This document shows positions 9,850 to 23,906 of a stretch of 64,000 bases of DNA, in pieces. The stretch lies in the NCBI GenBank assembly GCA_046351595.1, contig JAXLYE010000002.1, forward strand, positions 1,560,022-1,624,021, read 5' to 3'. Position numbers and translations under genes: made by a program. How positions within the stretch are numbered: the stretch's first letter is position 1; each line of letters starts with the position of its first letter. The notes under the pieces were generated by a model, which was given only the letters and a program-made list of their open reading frames with translations, did no database searches and was not told the origin of the DNA. The stretch comes from Polyangia bacterium (GTDB taxonomy: Bacteria; Myxococcota_A; Polyangia; Palsa-1104; JAEUJZ01).

Positions 9850-10136
9850 GGGCTTGCAATAGCACAGCTAAGCCCGCAAACGGGTCAAAAAAATTCCCCA
9901 TTTTCTTCGGCCGCATCGACGGCAACTAGTGCCGGGTCCGCCCCAAGCCGGGGGGCCGCGCGCGTCCAGCCTTGACCTTCGCGCCGCGGCTCACTACCTT
10001 CATCTCGACCCGGCTGCCTGAATCGCCTCGGTGAGGAGAGTTTTTTCCCTACAAGCATTGAACCCGGGATCTGCCGCTGGCCGTGGCGTGCACGCCCGCT
10101 CGTCGGGAAGCCCAATCCGGCTATTTGCAGAGCCCA

Positions 10137-10195
10137 CCTACTTCGGTAGGGGTTCAAACTTCCACACCACGACCGGGCGGGGGTCATTTTTTTTG
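10137..10195 (+). ncRNA. Candidate small RNA 3' end: a UUCG-tetraloop hairpin followed by a terminator-like hairpin and a run of eight T residues
   Basis: CCUACUUCGGUAGG is a 5-bp stem closing a UUCG loop. GACCGGGCGGGGGUC followed by UUUUUUUU lies at about 10171-10194. It sits in a 466-bp gap between divergent genes and is in the wrong orientation to terminate either flanking gene. Confidence 0.3.
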
Positions 10196-10315
10196 TTGTC
10201 GTTCAGGGGGGGACCTTCCCGTCCCCCCTCCCTCGGCAGAGCCGAGTGAGCCTCGGCATCTGTCTCTCTGGGCCGCGCGTTTGCCTGTGCTATCTGTAGT
10301 GCCAAGGAGTCCGGC

Positions 10316-11035
10316 ATGAGCGAGCGGCGCGCCGACGGGGACAGCGACGGCACCGGGGACGACGGCAGCGTGGTCGGCTATGAGGTGAGCTCCGAGGAGG
10401 AGCTCGGGCGCGGTCGCTACCTGCGGCTGCGGCGGATCAACCTGCGCAACCGCCGCGCCGACGGCAGCCTGTCGCCGCCCTACTTCTGCGAGCTGGTCGA
10501 TCGGCCGCGCCACGGCACCGACGCGGTGGTGGTCGGGCTGTGGCGACGCGGCGAGCACGGCGTCGAGGTGCTGCTGCGGCAGGGGCTGCGGCCGGCGCTG
10601 CGCTTCGGGCGCACCGAGCGGCTGCCGGTGCCGGACGCGGCGCCGTACCTCTTGCTGACCGAGGTCGTCGCCGGCATCCTCGAGGACGAGGACGTCGGCG
10701 AGGAGGGCGTGCTGCGGCGCGCCGCGATCGAGGCGCACGAGGAGGCCGGGCTGCGCCTCGAGCCGTCCGCGTTCCGCCGCCTGGGCGGCAAGGTCTTCCC
10801 GACGCCCGGCATGGCGCCCGAGTGCTTCCACCTGGTGCACGCCGAGGTGCCGGCCGACGCCGCCGCCGCGCCGCCCGAGGGCGACGGCTCGCCGATGGAG
10901 GAGGGCAGCCGGCAGCGCTTCGTGCCGCTCGTCGAGGCGCTGCGCCTGTGCGATCGCGGCGAGATCGAGGACGCCAAGACCGAGCTCCTCTTGCGGCGCC
11001 TGCACGCGGCGCTGGCCGCCGGCACCCTGGGCTGA
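10316..11035 (+). CDS. NUDIX hydrolase
   Basis: The Nudix-box-like stretch reads GILEDEDVGEEGVLRRAAIEAHEEAGL. Confidence 0.75.
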   Translation: MSERRADGDSDGTGDDGSVVGYEVSSEEELGRGRYLRLRRINLRNRRADGSLSPPYFCELVDRPRHGTDAVVVGLWRRGEHGVEVLLRQGLRPALRFGRTERLPVPDAAPYLLLTEVVAGILEDEDVGEEGVLRRAAIEAHEEAGLRLEPSAFRRLGGKVFPTPGMAPECFHLVHAEVPADAAAAPPEGDGSPMEEGSRQRFVPLVEALRLCDRGEIEDAKTELLLRRLHAALAAGTLG

Positions 11036-11066
11036 GCCGCCGCCGTCGCCCGCCGTCGTCGCGCGC

Positions 11067-11597
11067 TCAGCGCACGCGCTTCCAGTACAGGAGCTCGGTG
11101 ATGCCGGGGCGAACGTAGTCCGCGAGCTGGCCGACCCGCGCGTAGCCGTGGCGCTCGTAGAAGCGCTGCGCCGCGGTGTTGAAGTCCGAGGTCAGGAGGA
11201 ACAGCTCCGACGAGGACACCGCGACCTGGCGCTCGACCTCGGCGAGCAGCAGGCTGCCCAGGCCCTGCCCGTGCTGGCCCGGCACGAGCGCAATCAGCCG
11301 CAGGTAGCCGCCGCGCCCGAGCTGGCCGCGCAGCGAGAAGCGCGCCAGCCCGCACAGCTCCGGACCGGTCGCCGCGGCGCCGTCGTCGGGGTCCGGCCGC
11401 TCGGCGACGAGCAGGCGCTCGTCCGGGGTCGCGCCGTGCGGCTCGGGCAGGAGCCGCAAGAGGTCGGTGTGCAGCCCCGTCGCCGTCGTGCCGTAGCGGG
11501 CGAGCAGCGGCAGCGTCACCAGCGACGCGGCCAGGCGCCCGAGCGGCGCGGCGTCCTTTGGCGAAGCGGCGCGGATGCGGGGGCTGGGGCTGCTCAC
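11067..11597 (-). CDS. GNAT family N-acetyltransferase
   Basis: The C-terminal acetyl-CoA fold reads RLIALVPGQHGQGLGSLLL...FYERHGY. I place the GTG start at 11597, overlapping the stop of the upstream ferredoxin gene as GTGA. The 279-aa track ORF is over-extended through an Arg-rich false N-terminus. Confidence 0.75.
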   Translation of the reverse strand: MSSPSPRIRAASPKDAAPLGRLAASLVTLPLLARYGTTATGLHTDLLRLLPEPHGATPDERLLVAERPDPDDGAAATGPELCGLARFSLRGQLGRGGYLRLIALVPGQHGQGLGSLLLAEVERQVAVSSSELFLLTSDFNTAAQRFYERHGYARVGQLADYVRPGITELLYWKRVR

Positions 11598-12175
11598 GGG
11601 GCGCCTCGCGAGGCGCTCGGCTTGAGCGCCAGCGCGGCCAGCGGCTTGACCACGATGGCCGCGGCCTTGTCCGTCGGGCAGTAGTACTCGCACAGGCCGC
11701 AGCCGGTGCACGCGCTGGTCACCTGCGGCAGCCCCTTTTCGTCTTGGATGAGGGCGCCGGGGATCGGGCAGCGCTCGACGCAGAGGCTGCAGGGCTGGCC
11801 CTGGTGCGCCAGGCAGCGGCGCGGCACCACCACGGCGCGGCCCATGCGCACGTCCTCGGGCCGCTCGATCGGCCGCAGCGCGCCGCTCGGGCAGTGCGTG
11901 GTGCACAAGAGCCCGTCACAGAGCACGCACGGTGCGTCGCGCGCGACGATGTGCGGCGTGCCCGCGCGCTCGCCGTACGCGACCGCGAGCGGGCGGATGG
12001 CGCGGCGCGGGCAGACGTCGACGCAGGCGTTGCAGCGCAGGCAGGTCTCGGCGAGGCCCTTCTCGTCGAGCGCACCGGGCGGCCGCAGCGGCACCGGCAG
12101 CGGCGGCTCGCGCGCGGCGTCGAGCGAGCGCCGGAACATCCCGAACAGATCGCGCCGGCTCAGCTTGTCGGCCAT
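11594..12175 (-). CDS. 4Fe-4S ferredoxin-type protein with multiple iron-sulfur clusters (NapF-like)
   Basis: Four cluster motifs are present: CLRCNACVDVCP, CVLCDGLLCTTHCP, CSLCVERCP and CTGCGLCEYYCP. Confidence 0.85.
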   Translation of the reverse strand: MADKLSRRDLFGMFRRSLDAAREPPLPVPLRPPGALDEKGLAETCLRCNACVDVCPRRAIRPLAVAYGERAGTPHIVARDAPCVLCDGLLCTTHCPSGALRPIERPEDVRMGRAVVVPRRCLAHQGQPCSLCVERCPIPGALIQDEKGLPQVTSACTGCGLCEYYCPTDKAAAIVVKPLAALALKPSASRGAP

Positions 12176-12242
12176 GCGCGACCTCGCTGGCTGGCCCGGC
12201 GGGCGGCGTCGCGGCGGGCAGGCGCCGCGCTATCATGCGGCC

Positions 12243-12713
12243 ATGCCTTCCCCCGTGGCAGTCGACAGCACGAGCACGTCTTCATCTCGCTTGGTTCTAC
12301 CACAGCAGCGGGCGCTGCACCGGGACCGCGGGGGAGACCGGCGGCGGCTGGGGCTGTGGGCGCTGCTCGGGCTGGCCGCTCTGGGCGCCAGCACCGGCTG
12401 CGGCAGCGAGGCGCCCCGGCCGCTGGCCGTGCGCTGGCGCCTGGTCGACGAGCGCACCTGCTTCGAGGCGGGCGTGGTCCTGTTCCGGTTCTCGCTCAAG
12501 GGCGGGGCGCTGGAGAGCAGCGAGGCGATGGTGCGCTGCAGCCGCGACCTGATGCAGCAGCAGGTGACGCTCGCAGGTGCGCTGCCCGGTGCGGCGCTGC
12601 TCGGCGAGGGCGACTCGGTGAGCGAGGCGCCGCTGTACCGCGGGGAGCTGCGGCTGCCGTCGCCGCTCCCCGACGAGCAGGAGCTCGTGCTGCGCTTCAG
12701 CGGCGGGATCTAG
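12243..12713 (+). CDS. Putative small lipoprotein
   Basis: A signal peptide and lipobox are present (LGLWALLGLAALGASTGC). The start is uncertain because codon bias near the ATG at 12243 is poor, and a GTG at 12255 or a TTG at 12291 are alternatives. The upstream half of the track ORF (11706-) is an artefact. Confidence 0.5.
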   Translation: MPSPVAVDSTSTSSSRLVLPQQRALHRDRGGDRRRLGLWALLGLAALGASTGCGSEAPRPLAVRWRLVDERTCFEAGVVLFRFSLKGGALESSEAMVRCSRDLMQQQVTLAGALPGAALLGEGDSVSEAPLYRGELRLPSPLPDEQELVLRFSGGI

Positions 12714-12714
12714 C

Positions 12715-14502
12715 TCAGTACGTGAGCACCAGCCGCGGCGCGCGCGCTCCGGCGGCGCCGTCGTGCAGCGTCAGCGCGTCGGCGGCGAAGTCGCGCGGCG
12801 TCACGGCGCGCAGGCGCAGCTGCGTCCGGCCCGCCGGGTTCAGCGCCGCGAGCGCGCTCGCCGGCAGCGCCACCTCGACAGCGGTGTCGTCGGCGGACGG
12901 CGGCGGAAACGTCGCGACTCCGACGAGCGTCGCGGTCGCGGCATAGTCATCCGCCTGCAGCGCCGCCGAGCGGCCGAGCGCGCCGCGCTGCACATCGAGG
13001 CTCAGCGACGACACGGTGCCGGCCAGCGACCTGCGCACCAGCACCAGCCGCGCCGACTTCACCACCGCGCCGGCGGGCAGCAGCGAGGTGTCGAACGACA
13101 GCACGCCGCGCAGCTGGTCCCCGCCGAACAGACCCTTGTCCCCGAGCTTGAGCACCGAGGCGCTCGGCGCATCGACCGGCAGCGACCCGACCGTGCCGTC
13201 CTCGGCGTCGATCGAGGCCAGCACCAGCGTCCGCGCCGAGCCGCCGTCGAGCGAGCCGCCGTCGACTGAGCCGCCGTCGACCGTGCCGCCGTCGACTGAG
13301 CCGCCGTCGACCGAGCCGCCGTCGACCGAGCCGCCGTCGACTCTGCCGCCGTCGAGCGAGCCGCCGTCGACTCTGCCGCCGTCGAGCGAGCCGCCGTCGA
13401 CGGGGGGCCGACCGCCGCGCGGGTGCGAGCGGAAGAACTGCCAGACCAGGGCGCTCTCGCTCGGGCCCTTGGGATCGGTGTACGAGCCGCTCGGTCCGCC
13501 GGACCAGGCGTGGTTCATGCCCTCGACCAGGACCTTCTGGAGCAGCGGCGCGCCGCTGCGGTCGTTGTAGGTCGAGCGTGTATAGCGCCGCCCGCCCGGC
13601 ACGGTCAGGGTCTCGCTGGCATCGGCGCGATCGTCGACGCTGCCGTTGTCGAGCCCGTCGTCGGCGAGGTCCGCGGTCTGCGCCCACTGGCTGAGGCCCT
13701 GCTCGGCGTTCACGGGCGCGACCGTGCCGTCGGCGGTGCCGTGGAAGATGAGCGCGGGCAGGGCGCGGCTGCGCGGGCCCATGGCGCGCAGGGCGAGCTG
13801 GCCCTGGGTGTTGGGATCGGGCCCGCCGCGGGACATCGCGGTGTTGGCGCTGAGCCCGTCGGTGGCGGCCTTATACTCCAGGCCCGAGCCGACCGCGATC
13901 GCGGCGAACACGTCGGGGTAGGTGGCGCCGAGGACCGCGGCCATGCCGGCGCCCGCCGAGAAGCCGGCGACGTACACGCGATCGCCGTCGATGCGGTAGC
14001 TCTTGCCGACGTGCTCGACGATGCCGGCGAGGATCGCGGGCTCGCCGCTGCCGCGCGCCTGGTGCCCGGGATCGAACCAGCGCCAGCACTTGATCGGGTT
14101 GGCGCTCGTCGGCTGATCGGGGAACGCCACCAGGAAGCCCTCGGACTCAGCGAGCGCCTCCATCTGCGTGCTCTGCGCGAACTGATCCGCGCTCTGCGTG
14201 CAGCCGTGCAGCATCACCACGAGCGGCGCACCGCTGCCGGGCGAGTAGCGCGACGGCACGAACAGCCGATAGGCGTAGCCGCCCGAGTGCTCGGTGGTCA
14301 GAAGCGGCGCGGCGCGCTCGCCGACCGGCGCCTGCGGCGCGCAGCCGACGCCGACAGCGACGGACACCAGGGCCCACAGGGGCAGCGCGCGGGCGCGGGT
14401 CCGAGCCAGAGCCAGAGGCTGAAGCAGGGGCCGAAGCAGAGGCCGAAGCAGAGGCCGAAGCAGAGGCCGAAGCAGAAGAACAGATCGCAACCGGGTGGGC
14501 AT
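12715..14502 (-). CDS. Secreted esterase of the PHB-depolymerase family (LpqC-like alpha/beta hydrolase) with a (DGGSx)n linker and a C-terminal beta-rich domain
   Basis: The core reads LVVMLHGCTQSADQF...KCWRWF...YVAGFSAGAGMA...HGTADGTV. The signal peptide MPTRLRSVLLLRPLLRPLLRPLLRPLLQPLALA is encoded by a 12-bp DNA repeat. The start is the ATG at 14502. Confidence 0.85.
   Translation of the reverse strand: MPTRLRSVLLLRPLLRPLLRPLLRPLLQPLALARTRARALPLWALVSVAVGVGCAPQAPVGERAAPLLTTEHSGGYAYRLFVPSRYSPGSGAPLVVMLHGCTQSADQFAQSTQMEALAESEGFLVAFPDQPTSANPIKCWRWFDPGHQARGSGEPAILAGIVEHVGKSYRIDGDRVYVAGFSAGAGMAAVLGATYPDVFAAIAVGSGLEYKAATDGLSANTAMSRGGPDPNTQGQLALRAMGPRSRALPALIFHGTADGTVAPVNAEQGLSQWAQTADLADDGLDNGSVDDRADASETLTVPGGRRYTRSTYNDRSGAPLLQKVLVEGMNHAWSGGPSGSYTDPKGPSESALVWQFFRSHPRGGRPPVDGGSLDGGRVDGGSLDGGRVDGGSVDGGSVDGGSVDGGTVDGGSVDGGSLDGGSARTLVLASIDAEDGTVGSLPVDAPSASVLKLGDKGLFGGDQLRGVLSFDTSLLPAGAVVKSARLVLVRRSLAGTVSSLSLDVQRGALGRSAALQADDYAATATLVGVATFPPPSADDTAVEVALPASALAALNPAGRTQLRLRAVTPRDFAADALTLHDGAAGARAPRLVLTY
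13238..13400 (-). repeat. In-frame 15-bp tandem repeat (about 10 units) encoding the (D-G-G-S-V/L/R) linker of the esterase
   Basis: On the + strand the unit is GAGCCGCCGTCGACY, repeated with minor variants. Confidence 0.8.
14419..14478 (-). repeat. In-frame 12-bp tandem repeat (about 5 units) encoding the LLRP repeats in the esterase signal-peptide region
   Basis: On the + strand the unit is GGCCGAAGCAGA, present 4-5 times. Confidence 0.75.
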
Positions 14503-14713
14503 GGGGCTCCTCTCTGCGAGCGGTGGGCGGGCCTTGAACAGGGCGTGGCCAGGCAGCGCTGGCTGGCGCGGTGCTACTACGCCCCCGGGGCGATGTCTAC
14601 CGCCTCGGTCCGACTGGCCGCGGCGGAGACCTTCTGGCCGCGGTCCGCGGACATCCAATCGATTTGATGAGCGGGCGGTCGAGCCGCTATACACTGAGGC
14701 CAGGAGGGGTCTG

Positions 14714-15937
14714 ATGAAATCGAACCTGATCGCCCTCGCCGTCCCGTTCTTCTTCCTGGCCATCTTGATCGAGGCCGTGATCAGCCGCAGAAAGAAGCTC
14801 GGCGTCTACCGCCTGCACGACAGCCTCTCGAACCTGAGCGGCGGCATCGGCCACGAGGTCCTCGGCGGCTTCACCGCGGCCCTTGGCATCTACGCCTACG
14901 ACTTCCTGCAGACGCGCTACGGGCTGCTCAAGATCTCGACGAGCTCCGTCGCTGCCTGGCTGGTGCTGCTGGTCGCCTACGACTTCTGTTACTACCTTTA
15001 CCACTGGGCGTCGCACCGCGTGAACTTCCTGTGGGCGACGCACGCCGTGCACCACCAGAGCGAGGAGTACAACCTCTCGGTGGCGCTGCGTCAGAGCTGG
15101 TTCACGCGGGTGACCTCGTGGGTCTTCTACGTGCCGCTGGCGCTGCTCGGCTTCCCGCTGGTGATGTACCTGACCATCGGCGCCATCAACCTCCTGTATC
15201 AGTTCTGGATCCACACGCGGCCCGTCGGACGGCTCGGCGCCTTCGAGTGGTTCATGAACACGCCGTCGCACCACCGCGTGCACCACGGCATCGACCCGCG
15301 CTACATCGACAAGAACCACGGCGGCATGTTCATCATCTTCGACCGCCTCTTCGGCACCTTCATCGAGGAGCGCGGCGAGCCGGTCTACGGCACCGTCAAG
15401 CCGCTGTCGACCTACGACCCGATCTGGGCCAACCTCGTCGAGTGGGCGCGCCTGTGGGGCATTGCGCGGCGCACGCGGCGGCTCGCCGACAAGCTCAAGA
15501 TCTGGTTCATGCCGCCGGAGTGGCACCCCGCGGACCTCGGCGGCGTGGTCGAGATTCCCGAGGTCAGCCGCGCCAGCCAGCGCAAGTACGACGTGCACAC
15601 CGCGCCGGCGATCACGGCCTACGCCACCTTCAGCTTCGCGCTGGTGCTCGTGGCCTCGGTGTACTTCCTGTGGGTGCAGCACCAGCTCGAGCTCGGGCTG
15701 CGCACGGCCTACGTCGGCGAGGTGATCCTGGGCCTCTACACCGTCGCGGCGCTGGTCGAGGGACGGCCGCACGCGCGCCCGCTCGAGGTGCTGCGGCTCC
15801 TGTCGGTGGCGGCGCTGGCGGTGCTGGTGCCGATGCCGCTGCGCGCGGTGCTGCTCGGCGCGGTGGCCAGCTCGCTCGGCGCGGTGCTCTACCTGCAGCT
15901 GCGCGTGCACACCGCGCCCCGGATCGAAACCGCCTAG
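14714..15937 (+). CDS. Fatty-acid hydroxylase / sterol desaturase superfamily membrane protein
   Basis: The ribosome-binding site AGGAGG precedes the start. The three His-box motifs are HWASHR, HAVHH and HHRVHH, and the product has multiple transmembrane helices. Confidence 0.9.
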   Translation: MKSNLIALAVPFFFLAILIEAVISRRKKLGVYRLHDSLSNLSGGIGHEVLGGFTAALGIYAYDFLQTRYGLLKISTSSVAAWLVLLVAYDFCYYLYHWASHRVNFLWATHAVHHQSEEYNLSVALRQSWFTRVTSWVFYVPLALLGFPLVMYLTIGAINLLYQFWIHTRPVGRLGAFEWFMNTPSHHRVHHGIDPRYIDKNHGGMFIIFDRLFGTFIEERGEPVYGTVKPLSTYDPIWANLVEWARLWGIARRTRRLADKLKIWFMPPEWHPADLGGVVEIPEVSRASQRKYDVHTAPAITAYATFSFALVLVASVYFLWVQHQLELGLRTAYVGEVILGLYTVAALVEGRPHARPLEVLRLLSVAALAVLVPMPLRAVLLGAVASSLGAVLYLQLRVHTAPRIETA

Positions 15938-16044
15938 CCCGCGCCGCGCGCGATCGTCCGGTGCCCGCCGCAGCGCCATTTCTCGACGGCAGCGAGCACC
16001 CGGCGCGGCGCTTTGGGGGCCATCGCTTATAGTGTCTATTCGCG

Positions 16045-18438
<2,394 letters not shown>

Positions 18439-18458
18439 AGGCGGTTACCTGAAGGCGG

Positions 18459-19439
18459 TCACGTGAAGACGAGGCGGCCGCTGCGCGTGACCTGGCACAT
18501 CGCGTAGTCCAGCGCCCGCGCCAGCGCCGAGCGGGCCAGCCCCGAGACGCCGCTCGACGTCGGCGCCGCCGCCGCCCGGGCCGCCGGCGTCGAGCGCGCG
18601 GGCGCGGCCTTGGGCACGAGCTGCAGCCCCTCGCGCTGGGTCGCCGGCTGCCCGATCAGGCGCACGCAGACCGCGGCCGAGTAGCGATCGAAGAAGTACT
18701 CCAGCGAAAGGTGCAGGGTGCGCGTGCGCTGCGGCGCGCCCGCGGTCACGGCGCTGCGGCGGCGCTCGTCCTCGTAGCGGCGCAGCACCCGGGCGTGCGC
18801 GCACAGGCCCAGGACCTGCGCCTGCGAGAGCCGCGCGCGCCGCAGCGGCTCGGGCCAGCGCTCGGCCGCCAGCACGAAGCGCTCGATACGGTCGACGAGC
18901 TGGTCGGCGTCGCGCAGGCTCACCTGATCGGTCACCGCCAGCTCGGCGCGCGCGGCCCGATCCTCGGCGCGGCTCGACCGGCCGAGCGTGACATCGAGCG
19001 CGGCGCGGTAGGCGTTGAGCAGGAGCACGCCGGTGCGCAGCGCCTCCTCGTGCTGCGCCGTGCGCGGCAGCGGCACCGCCAGCGGCTCGGACAGCGCCTC
19101 CGCCGAGGCGGGACGGCCGAGCAGCTCCTCGGCGATGCGCAGCGCCGCGCCGCAGACCTCGCGCGACAGCGACAGCTCGTCGTGCAGGAGCGGCTGCGTG
19201 GCGACGAAGCGCAGCACCGGGCCGAGCGCCTCGAGGTAGCGCTGCACCGGCAGCCGCGGCTCCGCTCCCTCGGCGGCGAGGTCGGCGGCGCGCTGCAGCA
19301 GCGTGCCGAGCGCCGAGGCCGCGTCGGGGAACTGCCGCGGCGCCGCGTCGAGGGGGGCCGGCCGCGCCAGCCCTTGTCTCGGCGCTGGGCTGGACGGGTT
19401 GAGGGTCCGGGGGGATGGTCGCTGGGCTGGTTGGCTCAT
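18459..19439 (-). CDS. Hypothetical protein
   Basis: This frame shows clean GC third positions (gcg ctg gcg cgg gcg ctg gac tac gcg atg tgc cag gtc). The overlapping 420-aa ORF in another frame (18445-19707) is Arg/Ala low-complexity sequence. The N-terminus is Pro-rich, so the true start may lie internally. Confidence 0.6.
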   Translation of the reverse strand: MSQPAQRPSPRTLNPSSPAPRQGLARPAPLDAAPRQFPDAASALGTLLQRAADLAAEGAEPRLPVQRYLEALGPVLRFVATQPLLHDELSLSREVCGAALRIAEELLGRPASAEALSEPLAVPLPRTAQHEEALRTGVLLLNAYRAALDVTLGRSSRAEDRAARAELAVTDQVSLRDADQLVDRIERFVLAAERWPEPLRRARLSQAQVLGLCAHARVLRRYEDERRRSAVTAGAPQRTRTLHLSLEYFFDRYSAAVCVRLIGQPATQREGLQLVPKAAPARSTPAARAAAAPTSSGVSGLARSALARALDYAMCQVTRSGRLVFT

Positions 19440-19558
19440 GGCTGGTTGTGCCTGGCGTGGGTGACGATGTAGGACAACAACCTACGGTTACTTTGTGCAG
19501 GTGCCAAATTTTCTGCTCGCGCCGCCCGCACCGGCCCTGGCTGGCGTATCCTGCGCCC

Positions 19559-20155
19559 ATGCTTCTCGACGGAAAGACCGATCCGCAGGCGCTGTTCTCG
19601 GCGCTGTTTGCGCGGGCCCAGGCCGAAGAGCCGTTCGACGCCACGGCCGTCGCCTTGGCGACCGCGACCGAGGACGGCCGGCCCGCGGTGCGCATGGTGC
19701 TGCTCAAGGGCGCGGACGAGCGCGGCTTCGTCTTCTACACCAACTACGAGAGCCGCAAGGGCCGCGAGCTCCTTGGGAACCCGCACGCCGCGCTGTGCTT
19801 CTACTGGCCCAAGCTCGGCATCCAGGTGCGCGTCGAGGGCGCCGTCGAAAAGACCAGCGACGCCGAGTCGGACGCCTACTTCGCCAGCCGCGCGCGCGGC
19901 AGCCAGATCGGCGCCTGGGCCTCGGAGCAGAGCCGCCCGCTCGCCGGCCGCGACGAGCTCCTGGAGCGCGTCGAGAGCGCCGAGGCGCGCCTGGGCGAGG
20001 GCACGGTGCCGCGGCCGCCGCACTGGGGCGGGTTCCTGCTCGCGCCCGCGGTCATCGAGTTCTGGGTCGCGCAGCCGAGCCGCCTGCACGATCGCGTCCA
20101 GTACCGACGGAGCTCGCCGCAGGCGCCGTGGTCCGCGACGCGGCTGTTCCCCTAA
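19559..20155 (+). CDS. pdxH: Pyridoxamine 5'-phosphate oxidase
   Basis: The product reads [24 protein letters not shown]...CFYWP...RVEG...FWV. Confidence 0.9.
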   Translation: MLLDGKTDPQALFSALFARAQAEEPFDATAVALATATEDGRPAVRMVLLKGADERGFVFYTNYESRKGRELLGNPHAALCFYWPKLGIQVRVEGAVEKTSDAESDAYFASRARGSQIGAWASEQSRPLAGRDELLERVESAEARLGEGTVPRPPHWGGFLLAPAVIEFWVAQPSRLHDRVQYRRSSPQAPWSATRLFP

Positions 20156-20242
20156 GCCGCGGAGCGGCAGATTGCAAAGACCGCGGCGCGAAGTCCGCGC
20201 CGACCCCGTTTTCGCCGGGCCGAAGATCAGATAGGGTTGGCC

Positions 20243-21361
20243 ATGCCGCTTACCCTTGATCTGATCCAGAAGCTCCCCAAGACCGACCTGCACTGCCACC
20301 TCGACGGCTCGCTGCGGATCCAGACGATCCTCGATCTCGCCAAGGAGCAGGGCGTGCGCCTGCCCGCGGACACCGCCGACACGCTGCGGCCCTACGTCTT
20401 CGCCGGCAACGGCCACCGCTCGCTCGAAGAGTACCTGAAGGCGTTCGACATCACGCTGGCGGTGCTGCAGACCGAGCAGTCGCTGTACCGCGCCGCCTAC
20501 GAGCTGGCCGAGGACTGCGCCAAAGAGAACGTCTGGTACCTCGAGGTCCGCTACTCGCCGATGCTGCACACGCAGGCCGGCCTGTCGCTGGCGCAGATCG
20601 TCGAGTCCGTGCTGCGCGGCCTGCGTGACGCCGAGCGTGACTTCGGCATCCGCACCGGCGTGATCCTGTGCGGCATCCGCAGCTCGTCCGCGGACTCGTC
20701 GCTGCGCATGGCCGAGCTGTGCGTCGCCTTCAAGAACCGCGGCGTCGTCGGCTTCGACCTCGCCGGCGCGGAGCTGAACCACCCCGCCAAGGTCCACAAG
20801 CAGGCGTTCCAGCTGATCCTCGACAACAACGTCAACTGCACCGCGCACGCCGGCGAGGCCTACGGCCCGGAGTCCATCGCCCAGGCCATCCACTACTGCG
20901 GCGCGCACCGCATCGGCCACGGCACCCGCCTGCGCGAGAACGGCGACCTGCTCAACTACGTCTGCGATCACCGCATCCCGCTCGAGGTCTGCGTCTCGTC
21001 GAACATCCAGACCGGCGCCGCGGCCAGCTTCGATACGCACCCGCTGCCGTTTTATTACACCTACGGCCTGCGCTGCACGATCAACACCGACAACCGCCTG
21101 GTCACCGACACCACCGTCAGCAACGAGCTGTACCTGTGCCACCAGCACTACGGCTTCACGCTCGACGACATCAAGGACACGATCATCGCCGGCTTCAAGA
21201 GCGCTTTTTTGCCCAAGCGTGACAAGAGCGAGCTGCTCAAGCGCGTGAACGCGGAGCTCGCGAAGTTCACGGATCCGGACAGCAGCGGCAGCATCCGGCA
21301 GCAGCACCCCAAGAACAACATGATGATGCGCCACGTCTCGCCCGACCTGCGCGAGCCTTAG
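20243..21361 (+). CDS. add: Adenosine deaminase
   Basis: The product contains LPKTDLHCHLDGS, ...GFDLAGAE..., HAGE and ...SLNTDD-like SINTDN. Confidence 0.9.
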   Translation: MPLTLDLIQKLPKTDLHCHLDGSLRIQTILDLAKEQGVRLPADTADTLRPYVFAGNGHRSLEEYLKAFDITLAVLQTEQSLYRAAYELAEDCAKENVWYLEVRYSPMLHTQAGLSLAQIVESVLRGLRDAERDFGIRTGVILCGIRSSSADSSLRMAELCVAFKNRGVVGFDLAGAELNHPAKVHKQAFQLILDNNVNCTAHAGEAYGPESIAQAIHYCGAHRIGHGTRLRENGDLLNYVCDHRIPLEVCVSSNIQTGAAASFDTHPLPFYYTYGLRCTINTDNRLVTDTTVSNELYLCHQHYGFTLDDIKDTIIAGFKSAFLPKRDKSELLKRVNAELAKFTDPDSSGSIRQQHPKNNMMMRHVSPDLREP

Positions 21362-21367
21362 TACGAG

Positions 21368-21430
21368 CGTGACAGGGTGTAACGGAGGGCGTGATAGGGT
21401 GTAACGGAGGGTGTGACGCCGTGTAACGAC
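21368..21430. repeat. Intergenic 22-bp direct repeat, about 2.5 units
   Basis: The units are GACAGGGTGTAACGGAGGGCGT, GATAGGGTGTAACGGAGGGTGT and GACGCCGTGTAACGAC. They lie about 120 bp upstream of the molybdopterin oxidoreductase start. Confidence 0.7.
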
Positions 21431-21552
21431 GCGGGTCCTGTCGGCTGCGGGAATCCCGCCGCTTGCGCGTCGGGAGCCCTCCCTCCGCCGCCACCCGCTT
21501 TCTTGGGCAGGAGTTTACACCTGCCGGGACTGTGAATCAGGAGGCGACTGCG

Positions 21553-23868
<2,316 letters not shown>

Positions 23869-23906
23869 CGGCTGCGGGAAGATAGGGGCTCGAACTCGCG
23901 ATCGAG

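Noticed and set aside
10137-10200. Possible tRNA, considered because of the GGTTCAAA T-loop-like string
   Set aside because: No 5-bp T-stem flanks the loop, there is no acceptor-stem complement, and the cloverleaf cannot be drawn.
18445-19707. 420-aa ORF in an alternative frame overlapping the 18459-19439 gene
   Set aside because: It is a Pro/Arg/Ala homopolymeric-like sequence. The 18459-19439 frame has near-uniform GC at third positions and normal amino-acid composition.
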